Below are positions 10,451 to 20,587 of a stretch of 64,000 nucleotides of DNA, piece by piece (the first letter of the stretch is position 1; each line of letters starts with the position of its first letter). Under the pieces are notes generated by a model that saw only the letters and a program-made list of their open reading frames with translations, had not been told where the DNA came from and did no database searches. The position numbers were made by a program, and so were the translations under genes. Origin of the DNA: an uncultured Parachlamydiaceae bacterium (lineage in GTDB: Bacteria > Chlamydiota > Chlamydiia > Chlamydiales > Parachlamydiaceae); the NCBI GenBank assembly GCA_963742415.1, contig CAVULX010000003.1, positions 576,001-640,000 on the forward strand. Direction: 5' to 3'.

Positions 10451-11368
10451 ATGTCCGACGAAGAAATAATTTCAAACAAGGAAGGTGAATTCCCCCTTAC
10501 CGACACAACCGATGCAGCCATTCTCATGCACCGGGATGCCCATTTTGGGGGGCAATTCGATGTCATGCTAGATTACTATGCCAAGGGGGGGAAAGGGGTT
10601 GTTCCCGACATTGAAATAGAGCGGATTCAAGAACTCGCTGTAATCGAAAAGCAAATGAAAGAAAATCTGGCTGCAATGCTCCTTTCAGGACCCGATGCTG
10701 AACGTGTTGGTGAAGCCAAAGCAGCCTATAAAACTTTGCGCGATTTGTATGAGACGGAAAGCCCATATAACAAAATCCCGCTCCTCATTGCCGACTTAAT
10801 TTTAAGTGAAAGTGAAGATCCTCAAGAGGAAATTCAAGCGATCGCAAAAGAAAAAGGGTTGGCAGTTTCAGCTTTAATCGATCTGATCCGCTCAGAAAAT
10901 TTTTATGATCCCCTATTTCCAGGCTATGGACAAGCTCCAGGCTTGGCGATCAAATGTTTAGGTCTGATAGGAGACAAGCGGGCGATTGTGACCCTCTTTG
11001 AGGCTATTGGCTCAGGCGATTTTTTTGATGAAGATATCAATGTTGACGCTCTCCATGCTATCGGCGCTCCGGCTCGCGATTTTTTGTTGAAAGTCCTCGG
11101 CGGAAAGCCATTCAATGTCGACAACGAAAAAGCAGCCATCGCTTTAATCCCTTTCAAAGATGAACCTGAGGTGTCCAGAGTTGCTTTGTTGATGCTGCAA
11201 GATCATGAGGTGCGACGCCATGTCCCTCTGGCAACCTATCTGATTTTAATTTGTGAAGGGCTGAAGGACCAAAATGAGAGGAAAGCCTTTCTTTCGTTAT
11301 TGGATGATCCAAAAACTCCCAAGCAGTTGCAGCAAGACATCAAAGCCACAGCCAAGTCTTGGAACTAA
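10451..11368 (+). CDS. Conserved hypothetical protein, HEAT/alpha-solenoid-like
   Basis: 305 aa, co-oriented after lipA; CLGLIGDKRAIVTL HEAT-like segment. Confidence 0.75.
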   Translation: MSDEEIISNKEGEFPLTDTTDAAILMHRDAHFGGQFDVMLDYYAKGGKGVVPDIEIERIQELAVIEKQMKENLAAMLLSGPDAERVGEAKAAYKTLRDLYETESPYNKIPLLIADLILSESEDPQEEIQAIAKEKGLAVSALIDLIRSENFYDPLFPGYGQAPGLAIKCLGLIGDKRAIVTLFEAIGSGDFFDEDINVDALHAIGAPARDFLLKVLGGKPFNVDNEKAAIALIPFKDEPEVSRVALLMLQDHEVRRHVPLATYLILICEGLKDQNERKAFLSLLDDPKTPKQLQQDIKATAKSWN

Positions 11369-11424
11369 TTTAAACAGAATAGGCAGGATCATCTTCGGCT
11401 TTAGGTGAGCAGGACGAAGAAGGT

Positions 11425-11537
11425 AACAGGATAGGCAAGATCGCAAGCGGCAGGATAAGCAGGATGATAAAAGCAAATTAGAAAAATGTTTTTATCATCC
11501 TGCTTATCCTGCCGCTTGCGATCTTGCCTATCCTGTT
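11425..11537. repeat. Palindromic element, CAGGATAAG family, copy 2
   Basis: 48-bp inverted arms 11425-11472 / 11490-11537, nested in a degenerate outer pair (~11372-11389 / ~11569-11587). Confidence 0.93.
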
Positions 11538-11586
11538 TTATGTTGCCTATCTTATTAACTTTTCCACCATCTTACCCTATCCTGTT

Positions 11587-13767
11587 TCAAAGCTTCACAA
11601 GATGGGTCAATCGAGCGACGATGCTCCTTTCTTTGTTATCTTTGGAAAAATGGATCCGATAGGTCGGCCCCATCCCCCCTTCAGCAATAGAGTTGATGAC
11701 CCCCACGCCAAAATCTTTGTGGAAAACCGCATCTCCCGGAGCCAAGTGGGCTTCGGTTCCCTCTCCTTGAATTTCATCGCTGAAAGGTTCTTCAGAAATC
11801 TCTTCAGAGACAGCTCTTTTATGTGCATATACGGGTCTAGAATATTGCACAGACAATTTGACTTTTTCAATATACTCGAAAGGAATTTCTTTAATAAAAC
11901 GGCTCAACAATGGGGTGCGGGTTGTCCCCCAGATGAAGCGGGATTTCGCATGGGAAAGATATAAAACCTCTTTTGCGCGGGTAATCCCTACATAGAAGAG
12001 CCGCCGTTCCTCCTCTAAACCTTCGGGAACATTGCGAGAATTAGCATGAGGGAATAATTCTTGCTCCATGCCGACCAAAAACGCAACGGCAAATTCAAGT
12101 CCTTTTCCATTGTGAATTGTCATTAAGTTGACATGGGGCTGGTGGGGATTCACATCATCTAGCGTTGAGTGGAGAGCTAACTCTTCAAGAAACGAAGACA
12201 ATGTTGGATTAGGGGTGGATCCCTCCCATTCCAAAGCTTTTGCTATTAAAGAATTTAGGTTGTCTTTCCGGTCATCATATGTTTCTTTGTCATGGGTTAA
12301 ATATTCAAGATAACCCGTTTCCTCGATAGCGGCTTGGACGAGCTCCTTCAGCGAACAGCTCTCTTGGATCCGCTTAAGAGTCTTAATGACCCGTACATAA
12401 TCCTCCAAGCCATTCTTTTGCTTGGACGTCAGCTTGATAGACGTTTGCGTTTGTGGATCTTCGGCAAGCTTTTCACAATAGGCAAAAAGAGGCATATTGG
12501 AGCCAGCGGCATTTTGACGGATCCTGCTGATCGTAGCTTCCCCAATCCCCCGTTTTGGGATATTGATGGTCCTATTAAATGAAACAAAATCAACTCCGGA
12601 ATGGACCATCCGCAGAAAAGCTAAAATGTCTTTGATTTCTTTTCTCTGATAGAAAGAAATACCACCCACGATAACATAAGGGATCCGATTTTTTAAAAAA
12701 GTGTCTTCAAAGATACGGGATTGACCATTGGTTCGATAAAAGACAACCATTTGGTTTAACGGAACCCCTTGGTGTTCGTGGTGGTAGCGGATCCGATCAG
12801 CGACAAAAGAGGCTTCTCCCCTTTCGTCGTCTGCACTGTACAACTTGATCCTATCTCCGGGGCCTAAATCGCTCCATAAAGCTTTTTCAAAACGGCGGTA
12901 ATTATTCCGGATAACGGCATTAGCTGCTTCCAGAATGTTTGTACGGCTCCGGTAATTTTGCTCTAGGCGGATCACTTTGGCATTGGGATAGTCTTTCTCG
13001 AAGTTAAGAATATTGTGAATATTGGCCCCTCGCCAGGAGTAAATCGATTGATCTGGATCCCCAACGACGCAAACATTATGGCTTTTTCTTGCTAGCTGTT
13101 GGATCATCTCATATTGGGCTTGATTTGTGTCTTGATATTCATCAATGAGGAGATATTTCCACCGTTGTTGATACATCTCTAAGATAGAGAGGTGCTCCCG
13201 AAACAGCCGAATAGTTAGAAAAAGGAGATCGTCAAAATCGAGGGCGTTGCACTCTTTAAGCTTTGTTTGATACCGAGTGTAAATTTGGGGAAATAGGGAG
13301 TTTTCTTTGTTGTCAGCATGCTCAAAACTGATCAGAGCATTTTTAGCTTTGGTTAAAAGTTGCCTAAAAACTTTCAAATCGGTTTTGGCATCGACTGAAA
13401 ATTCAGATAAAGTGTCTTTGAGCACTTTTTCAATGTCATCTTCATCATAAATGGTGAAGTCCCGTCCATATCCTAAGGCATCGATCGATTCTCGTAAAAT
13501 CCGCACACCCAGACTGTGAAATGTGCAGATGGTCACATGGGAGTGGGTTAATCCTTTGACCCGCTCCTTCATCTCATGGGCGGCTTTATTTGTAAAAGTA
13601 AGCCCTAAAATAGCGTGGGGATCCACTCCATGATTGATCAGATTCACAATGCGAAAAGTCACAACGCGGGTTTTTCCCGATCCCGCCCCGGCAAGAATCA
13701 ATAAAGGTCCAGAAAGTGTATTGACAGCTTCCTGTTGAGGCGCATTGAGGTCAGAAAATAGATCCAT
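11587..13767 (-). CDS. uvrD: UvrD/PcrA SF1 DNA helicase
   Basis: AGAGSGKT, TFTNKAA, DEYQD, GDPDQSIY and EERRLFYVGITRA motifs. Confidence 0.96.
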   Translation of the reverse strand: MDLFSDLNAPQQEAVNTLSGPLLILAGAGSGKTRVVTFRIVNLINHGVDPHAILGLTFTNKAAHEMKERVKGLTHSHVTICTFHSLGVRILRESIDALGYGRDFTIYDEDDIEKVLKDTLSEFSVDAKTDLKVFRQLLTKAKNALISFEHADNKENSLFPQIYTRYQTKLKECNALDFDDLLFLTIRLFREHLSILEMYQQRWKYLLIDEYQDTNQAQYEMIQQLARKSHNVCVVGDPDQSIYSWRGANIHNILNFEKDYPNAKVIRLEQNYRSRTNILEAANAVIRNNYRRFEKALWSDLGPGDRIKLYSADDERGEASFVADRIRYHHEHQGVPLNQMVVFYRTNGQSRIFEDTFLKNRIPYVIVGGISFYQRKEIKDILAFLRMVHSGVDFVSFNRTINIPKRGIGEATISRIRQNAAGSNMPLFAYCEKLAEDPQTQTSIKLTSKQKNGLEDYVRVIKTLKRIQESCSLKELVQAAIEETGYLEYLTHDKETYDDRKDNLNSLIAKALEWEGSTPNPTLSSFLEELALHSTLDDVNPHQPHVNLMTIHNGKGLEFAVAFLVGMEQELFPHANSRNVPEGLEEERRLFYVGITRAKEVLYLSHAKSRFIWGTTRTPLLSRFIKEIPFEYIEKVKLSVQYSRPVYAHKRAVSEEISEEPFSDEIQGEGTEAHLAPGDAVFHKDFGVGVINSIAEGGMGPTYRIHFSKDNKERSIVARLTHLVKL

Positions 13768-14208
13768 AATAAAAAAAAGAAAAGGTTAATGATAAATTGA
13801 AAAAATTGTTTTCGAAACAATCTTACAGAAAAAGGTATTTTATGGATAGCTTCTTAGACCTTGATGCAAAGAAAGGAAGTGTTAATAGAGAATTTCAAAG
13901 ACCTAATGACTGAAGATACAATAAAACAGCTTAGAGCCGGCAAGATAGTAGAAACAGAAGACAAGGAAGCACAGAAGGAAAAAGCAATAGATGAGATGCA
14001 AGGGTAAACTCAGCTCAATGTAGAAACTCTAAAGGCATTTTCATATTTTACCTGTAAGTCAGCGTTATAATAACATTATGTAAAACAACAAGGAAATCTG
14101 CTTCGCACTGAAGTTTCGACTAACCTTTGCTATTTTCGTTGAAAAAATATCCAATTGAAATCTCTAGTTTAGACATTTTGTAAAAAATTATTTACATTAT
14201 CACATCTC

Positions 14209-14450
14209 TGTCGCCACTACCGCATAGGCATCAAGTTAAGATAAACCATTTTTACTAGGCTGAAAGCCTGGTTTACAATACCTGGGGGCATCGTCCCAGG
14301 TGTTGTTACAAAAATCATTCGCAGGCTGAAGGCCTGCCATATGATAGCCTGGGGCATCGCCCCAGGTAATATCATGTATAATCAATTACAAGCTTTCAGC
14401 CTGGTACAAATGGTTTACCTTAGCTTGATGCCTATGCGAGAGCGGCGACA
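14209..14450. repeat. REP/REPIN-like nested palindrome
   Basis: Arms cgcataggcatcaagttaag...ggctgaaagc (14221-14267) / gctttcagcc...cttagcttgatgcctatgcg (14392-14438); internal hairpins aggctgaaagcct, cctgggggcatcgtcccagg, gcaggctgaaggcctgc and cctggggcatcgccccagg. Confidence 0.85.
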
Positions 14451-14679
14451 AATGCCCGTGAGAGGTTTTTCAAATATTTTAAAATAAAAAATAAAAATAT
14501 TTTACAAAAGTGCCAACCTTGAGATTCCCTTCGGGAATTTATTTAAGAAACATCCAAACTTCAGAGGAAATTTCTAAATCCCCCTTATGTTATTGAAAAT
14601 TTTACTTTCAAAAAAATCGGCCTTCAGCTACATTCCTGCCTGAATTTATAAACGACATCGACTTTGTTGCAAAGTTTAA

Positions 14680-14853
14680 CACAGAAAAAAAACAGGATAA
14701 GCACGATCGTAACCGGCAGGATAAGCGGGATAAAAGAAAAAACGAGTTTTTTGAACAGTCTTAGCTTAATCATATCCGCATATTCTTACTATTTATTCAA
14801 TATCTTGCTTATCCTGCCGGTTACGATCATGCTTATCCTGTTTCTTCTCTGTG
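14680..14853. repeat. Palindromic element, CAGGATAAG family, copy 3
   Basis: Arms 14680-14732 / 14801-14853 (aacaggataagcacgatcgtaaccggcaggataagc and its near reverse complement). Confidence 0.92.
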
Positions 14854-14949
14854 CCTATTTACTTAGGAGCCACTGACTCGCTGGTTATTTATGCAACAAC
14901 GCCAATGACATCATCCAATTGAGTAATTTCATAGGGGACGAGGACGACT

Positions 14950-15903
14950 ATGCGAACGGTATATTTTGCTTTGCTGCTACTATTTTCTTTTTCCTGTTAT
15001 GCCATCGAAAATTCCGAGGACCCGGATGGATCGACATTAGTTGAGGAATCCAATAACCTCGATATTTTAGCGGGTGACCCGGAAACTTTTGTCTATCGCT
15101 GTGTCAATGTTGCGACAGGGGATTACATCGACATCCAAACCGATTTAACGATCCCTGGGGCAGACCCATTAGAGCTTACGAGATTCTATTCTAGCGCTGA
15201 CGAGAGGGCTTCATCCCCTTTTCAAGCCTGGAAATTCAATCACGATATCAGCGCTTTTCACCCTGTAAAAGGCTCCAAGTCATAACCGATCTTAAACGAT
15301 TTTTTTGGCGCTCAAATTCCTTTTAAGCAGGAAAACCACACTTCTATGTGCTCCTACTATGGAGTCCATCCCAAAATATTCAAAAGGAGGATCGCAAATA
15401 CCACACGGGAAATGAGTGGACGGTATCATCTGAAAAATAAAAAACTGCTCCGGTCTGTGCATGATGAGATCCTCATTTCTAAAGATGGAGCCGGCTTTCA
15501 GTACCACTTTGAAAAGCCTCACAGCACACACAAGGTGCCTATCAACCGATTGCTTAAGGCCAATGGCAACCAAGTTGAGTATAGTTATGATGCTGACAAT
15601 AATTTGGCCACAGTTAGAGGATTAAACACCCGAGGGGGCTTATTTGGCTGTTTGAAATTTAAACAACATCCTGGCTTTAGAGATACCGACTCCTATTTTT
15701 TAGAGGTGGAGGATTCCCATCTCAATAGGGTCTCATACACGTTGCGGAATGTGAAATCGAAAAAAAAGAAAAAGTGGATTCTAGAACATGTACACCGCTT
15801 TGATTCTCCTCCTGAGTCATACCGCTATGACAGCGACTATGAAAGGATCACTCGCAAGGAGCTACCAGAAGGGCGCTTCCTCGAGTTGTTGCTTTTGGAA
15901 TAG
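14950..15903 (+). pseudogene. RHS/YD-repeat protein, N-terminal remnant (frameshifted and truncated)
   Basis: Signal peptide, then GDPxxxxxxCVNVATGD...PLELTRFYSS (DUF6531-like) in 14950-15285; YD-like repeats (NGNQVEYSYD, YRYD..ITRKELPEGR) in 15346-15903. Confidence 0.85.
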
Positions 15904-16361
15904 AAACGACTATAACAACTGCAACTATCTGTGCTATCGCAGGAACTGTTGTTGGTGGAGCTCTGGGTATTGGGGTCTATCAGGGCTTTAAGTATTTAGA
16001 CCAGAGGTTGGATCGCTCCTCCAATCATATGTCCATGAGCCAAAGCACGGAGGAAAGCGTAGAAACCTCTTCTGAGTTAGAAGAGAAAAAAGAAAAAGAA
16101 GGAAAATCAGATAAATTTAAAAAAACTCCTCCAAGAACTGAACCTCAAAGTTTAGAAGAGGCCTTGACCTTGCAAAAGGCACAGGCAGGTGCAGGTAAAG
16201 AAATTATGGAAGATAAAATAAATGATCCAAGATACCCCAAAGAGGAATGGGAAAAAAAACAGCACATCCATGATAATCCTGATAAAACAAAAATAAATGT
16301 CCATTATTGGGAAAATAGAATTACTGGACATAGAGAAGGATTCAAATTCAAAAATAAATAG
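15888..16361 (+). CDS. Polymorphic toxin C-terminal tip (orphan RHS-CT), putative nuclease
   Basis: The 16008 ORF extends upstream in frame through hydrophobic VAFGIETTITTATICAIAGTVVGGALGIGVY; tip ends DPRY..W.K..H....VHYWEN..TG..EGFKFK. Confidence 0.7.
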   Translation, partial: VAFGIETTITTATICAIAGTVVGGALGIGVYQGFKYLDQRLDRSSNHMSMSQSTEESVETSSELEEKKEKEGKSDKFKKTPPRTEPQSLEEALTLQKAQAGAGKEIMEDKINDPRYPKEEWEKKQHIHDNPDKTKINVHYWENRITGHREGFKFKNK

Positions 16362-16362
16362 A

Positions 16363-16935
16363 GTGTGCATAGTGATAGTTAAATGTCTTTCGAAAAAAGG
16401 GACATTTTTACCAAATGATCTACTCGGTTTAAAACCAGGTTTGAATGAATCGACAGATTTTTGGTTAGTTCCTTCAAAATTATATGTTGTTTATGCCATG
16501 ACCATTCGCTTAGGATATGTTTGGTTTTATTTATGTGATGAAAGTTACATGTATTTTCCTATATGGAATCCGGCACCTCTTTTTCAAGTTGTCGAAGGAA
16601 AAATGTCAAAATATTGGATTTTTGAGTTTTTTCCTCAGACGGAAAGATACAAAACAAAATCTATTTGGGCGTATCCTGAATGGGCCAAAAATCCTTATCG
16701 TTACTATGACCGCTTGAGTGATGGAGAGGATGAAGAAGTAGAAACATTCAAAAAATACAAGGCTTTAATGGATGTGGAGTTTCCAAACCCGTCTATTACG
16801 GATAGAGCTACAATTTTAGATGATGCTTGGCTAATGTGTTCCTATTGTATTGATGCTTGGGAGTCTGTTTCAAATGACGGAATGGTCATTTGTCCCACAT
16901 GCCATCGAATGATGCACAACCCACGTTACAAATGA
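16363..16935 (+). CDS. Putative cognate immunity protein with C-terminal zinc ribbon
   Basis: GTG 1 nt after the toxin stop; CSYC...CPTC. Confidence 0.65.
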   Translation: MCIVIVKCLSKKGTFLPNDLLGLKPGLNESTDFWLVPSKLYVVYAMTIRLGYVWFYLCDESYMYFPIWNPAPLFQVVEGKMSKYWIFEFFPQTERYKTKSIWAYPEWAKNPYRYYDRLSDGEDEEVETFKKYKALMDVEFPNPSITDRATILDDAWLMCSYCIDAWESVSNDGMVICPTCHRMMHNPRYK

Positions 16936-17303
16936 AAAGGCTTTTTTTTATGAATGTTGAGAGAATAAATGTATCTGCGGGAATCTGTTTGGCAGACTCT
17001 GAATTAACGAATTATTTCTACAATGCAAAAGAAAAGATGTTGATAATTAAAATTCAAGCCTGGAATTTGCAAGCAATCGAATTTTTTTTTCAAGATCCTA
17101 TATTATTTTTTGATCATGGCTGTGAGTCTGTAACAGAATTTTTTGAAGATACTTCCAAAACAGAATTGTTTACGCAAGCATTAATTCGTATATATGGAAA
17201 AATGCCTGAAAGTCATCTCTATAAACACTTTCAATTTTTAGATCTAGATGATAACCCATGCTTAGAAATAATTTCTGAAAATTTTACTTTCAAAATTAAT
17301 TGA
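16932..17303 (+). CDS. Putative orphan immunity protein
   Basis: ATGA overlap with the upstream gene; small acidic/aromatic protein (HFQFLDLDDNPCLEIISE). Confidence 0.6.
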   Translation: MKRLFFMNVERINVSAGICLADSELTNYFYNAKEKMLIIKIQAWNLQAIEFFFQDPILFFDHGCESVTEFFEDTSKTELFTQALIRIYGKMPESHLYKHFQFLDLDDNPCLEIISENFTFKIN

Positions 17304-17359
17304 TAAAATTATTTTACGTACTAAATATTTTCAAACGTTTCCAAACCTTGGGAAATGGT

Positions 17360-17731
17360 ATGACAAATAAGCAAGATATTACACTCATGCTTCAAGATTG
17401 GTATTCTCAATATTGTGATGGGTATTGGGAGCATAATGAAACTATAAATATCCACACTATTGATAGTTTAGGATGGATGGTGACTATCGATTTACAAGGA
17501 ACCCATTGTGAAAATAAATCTTTTGAAAAAATAACGAATGAATTGAACAAAGACAATTGGTACCATTGCGATCTCCGCGATGGGAAATTTGAAGGAAGAG
17601 GAGGAGCTTGCAATTTAATAGATATACTTTCGATTTTTGAAAATTGGGCTTGCAAATGCCAAAAAGAAGAATTTTCTTTTAAGTGGGAAAGCGTTAAGCG
17701 ATATGATGGAGTTGGAAGATCTAATCATTGA
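17360..17731 (+). CDS. Immunity 53 (Imm53) family protein
   Basis: LQDWYSQYCDGYWEH...IHTIDSLGWMVTIDL...FEGRGG signature. Confidence 0.85.
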   Translation: MTNKQDITLMLQDWYSQYCDGYWEHNETINIHTIDSLGWMVTIDLQGTHCENKSFEKITNELNKDNWYHCDLRDGKFEGRGGACNLIDILSIFENWACKCQKEEFSFKWESVKRYDGVGRSNH

Positions 17732-18830
17732 GGGAGCAAAACAACGAGTTGGTGGTAAAAATAAAATTTGGGCCGTCATTGATGAAGCACAAAAATGTCC
17801 TTTAATATTTGATCAGCTGAAAATCCTTTATGATAAACACAAAGATTTAGATAAAATAAAATTTATATTAACAGGTTCAGCTGTCCTGAGCTTGCATCAG
17901 TTAAGCGCCGAATCACTTGCAGGACGCATTGAACTGCATCATCTACAAGAATTTACTCTTCGAGAATCGACTTTATTTAACGAACCTGAAATCTTAAAAC
18001 TCTCTCTATTTGATCAAATGAATAGAGATGATCCGCCACAACTGATCGGTGACCTCATCCACAAATTAAAACCATTCAAGCCTCTTCTGGAAGATGTATT
18101 ACAACAGCAACTTCTGTGGAGCGGACTACCTGAACTTAAAAGTTGTCAAGATAAGGAGGAAAGAATCATCTATCTGAATAACTACATCCAAACATATCTC
18201 GAAAGAGATGTACGTTCGATTGAATCAATAACTAACTTGACACTCTATCGTAACTTGATGGGTATCATTGCAGAACAAACAGGTTCTGTTAGAGAGGACA
18301 AACGAATTGTCAATGCATTGGGGTGTACTCGGGATACTTTAAAAAAATATCGAGGTTTTCTCGAAGCAACCCTTTTATATCAGGATATTTATCCCTATAT
18401 CGGCAGTACAATTAAACGTTTTGTCAAATCTCCTAAAGGCTATCTGAGAAACAATGGTCTCGTTTCGGTTCTTACTGGCCTAGTTGAATACAAGACTTTG
18501 TCTTCTAGTGGACTGATAGGGCATCGATTTGAGAACTGGTTTCTAAACGAACTCAGTGTTTGGCTTGCAAGAGATCCTATGCGATCTGAAATTTATTTTT
18601 GGAGACTCGAATCGGGCGCAGAAGTTGATTTTATCGTTGAAAAAAAACCCTTCGTTTACCCTTTTGAGGTGACTTACAACACAACACCTGATATGAAAAA
18701 ATTGAGAAATTTAAGTAAGTTCCTAACGGAAGAGCCAAAAGCAAAATGGGGATATTATATTTACCGGGGGGATTTCTTAATCGATAAAGAACGTCATATC
18801 TGTTTTATTCCCTCATGGGCTGTTGGGTAG
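17637..18830 (+). pseudogene. AAA_14/DUF4143 ATP-binding protein, 5'-truncated
   Basis: IDEAQ, LTGS, ESLAGR, KSPK and EVDF motifs present; no Walker A in the ORF. Confidence 0.75.
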
Positions 18831-18898
18831 TAACGCAAGTTGGATATTTTTGCTCATCTGAAAAAACAGTAATTATTTTTTTAATATTCAAAAATTTT

Positions 18899-18955
18899 GG
18901 GTGTTTCTGACTAAAACCGCGAAATGTCAATTATCGATTTTAGTCAAAAACACCC
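18899..18955. repeat. Short inverted repeat, possible miniature IS-end remnant
   Basis: gggtgtttctgactaaaa ... ttttagtcaaaaacaccc. Confidence 0.55.
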
Positions 18956-19271
18956 TAGTTCTAGTAAAAGTTTATCTGCAAAATTGACCGCGATCAATTT
19001 TTCGAGCAATTATCCATATAATTGACCACACAATTGACCTTCTCCTCTATTTGAAGTTGTGAATGGAAAAATGTCGATTTTAGGATTAAATATTTGGGGA
19101 AACAAAAAACAGGTTAACAAGAATACGCTATTTTGCTAGGATCTAAACATTTCTCAACATTGCCTTCAGAACTCTAGGACTTTTAATGAGTTGAGGAAGT
19201 GCTTCAGGGTTTAGTTTTAATTTCCAATTCGCTGAAAAAAAAAACGAATAAAAGCTTTAGGAGAATAACAT

Positions 19272-20582
19272 ATGCATACCATATATGAAATTGCTCAGCA
19301 TGTTGTCCTGGATCAACCATATCATAAAGAAGAATCCAAACCATTACAGATCGGCTCACAAGAATCTCGTATTTACAAGATTTTATCGGAATCTACGAAA
19401 TTTGAAATCATTGAGAAGGTGAGAAATTTTGTTCAGGGAACGCTTTCTGAAGAGTTAATAGAAAACGAGATTAATAAAGACAATGCTTACCTTTATCTAG
19501 CTGCTGCAAAAGTCATTGATCTGGATACATCTCCTTCAGAAATGGTAAAGTCTACATATAGAATTCGAGAATTAGCTGTTCTGAACTCTAAACCAGAAAA
19601 GGACGGTCGTGGGAAAATCAATATGCTGAATGCCTTTTCCATGCCTCCGTTGGATAAAGAAGATATAGACCTATTGCTATCCAACGAATTAGACATTAGC
19701 CATCCTATTGTAAAAAAGGCGGCTTTTGGAGAAGAGCGAAATAATCACCTCAAGAGAATCTACACCTATGGGCAAAAAGATGCCAAAGTCATTTCGGAGA
19801 TGGTTCCTGTTATTGAAGCGGTTGTCAAAGACAGATTTCAGTCAATGTTAAAGGCTGCTGATTCCCTTCCGATTGATACTACGGTTGTTTATAAAGGCTG
19901 CTCTGGGGCCGGGAAATCATTTGCAATAAAAAAGCTCACTGAACAGTGTTTGAGAGGAATTTCAGCTGAAAACGCAATTCAGAGTACTGATAACATTAAA
20001 AAGGAAATTTTGACTAGAACTAAAAATGTATTTAATGATCAACAAGTTTTTCTTCTCGGCTTTTCAACATTTAAAATGTTGTCCGAAGCCATGAAAGAAA
20101 AATATCCAAAGCTTTCTACAGTTCAGGAAGGATGGTTTAACAGCACATTTACATTGGAAGGATTGTTTAAAGATCTCAAAGTCGCTAATTTAAAATTGGA
20201 AATGCATGATTTTGATGGAGATTATGAAGCTCTTTGTTTACGTGTTTTAGCTCGTTATCCAGGTCAAAACAGCCAAAAAACTCCTCTAGACGATGTTGAA
20301 AGAGCCTTTAAAACGAGTAGAGAATCCAGGGAACAATTGCTGAAATCTTTAAGAGAGAACGTGGATAGTTATCAGTTTAAATTTGTGCAGGCCAATGGTG
20401 AAGTTAGAGATGATATAGATCCCAAGTCTATTGTAAGCGATTCAGCAGGAGTAGACAAAGAAATTGCCGCCACTAAAAAAGTACGCATTACAGAACAACA
20501 CGCAAAAACTTTTGGTGAATCTTTAAACTCTTTTATAGGCATGACAATAGAAGAAGCTTTTGAAAAAGCAAAGGCTGTATAG
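19272..20582 (+). CDS. P-loop kinase, zeta-toxin-like
   Basis: Walker A GCSGAGKS, STDNIK, QEG and lid RVLAR; RBS ggag upstream. Confidence 0.7.
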   Translation: MHTIYEIAQHVVLDQPYHKEESKPLQIGSQESRIYKILSESTKFEIIEKVRNFVQGTLSEELIENEINKDNAYLYLAAAKVIDLDTSPSEMVKSTYRIRELAVLNSKPEKDGRGKINMLNAFSMPPLDKEDIDLLLSNELDISHPIVKKAAFGEERNNHLKRIYTYGQKDAKVISEMVPVIEAVVKDRFQSMLKAADSLPIDTTVVYKGCSGAGKSFAIKKLTEQCLRGISAENAIQSTDNIKKEILTRTKNVFNDQQVFLLGFSTFKMLSEAMKEKYPKLSTVQEGWFNSTFTLEGLFKDLKVANLKLEMHDFDGDYEALCLRVLARYPGQNSQKTPLDDVERAFKTSRESREQLLKSLRENVDSYQFKFVQANGEVRDDIDPKSIVSDSAGVDKEIAATKKVRITEQHAKTFGESLNSFIGMTIEEAFEKAKAV

Positions 20583-20587
20583 TATCT

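Noticed and set aside
13842-14008. Short purine-rich reading frames upstream of uvrD
   Set aside because: Interrupted by a stop, no recognisable motif; at most a gene remnant
14221-14438. Repeated hairpins as a CRISPR array
   Set aside because: Only two tandem units inside an inverted repeat; no regular repeat-spacer period and no cas genes
14664-14876. 70-aa ORF (also 11524-11964 and 483-1001)
   Set aside because: Arise from CAGGATAAG palindromes or antisense to secA/uvrD
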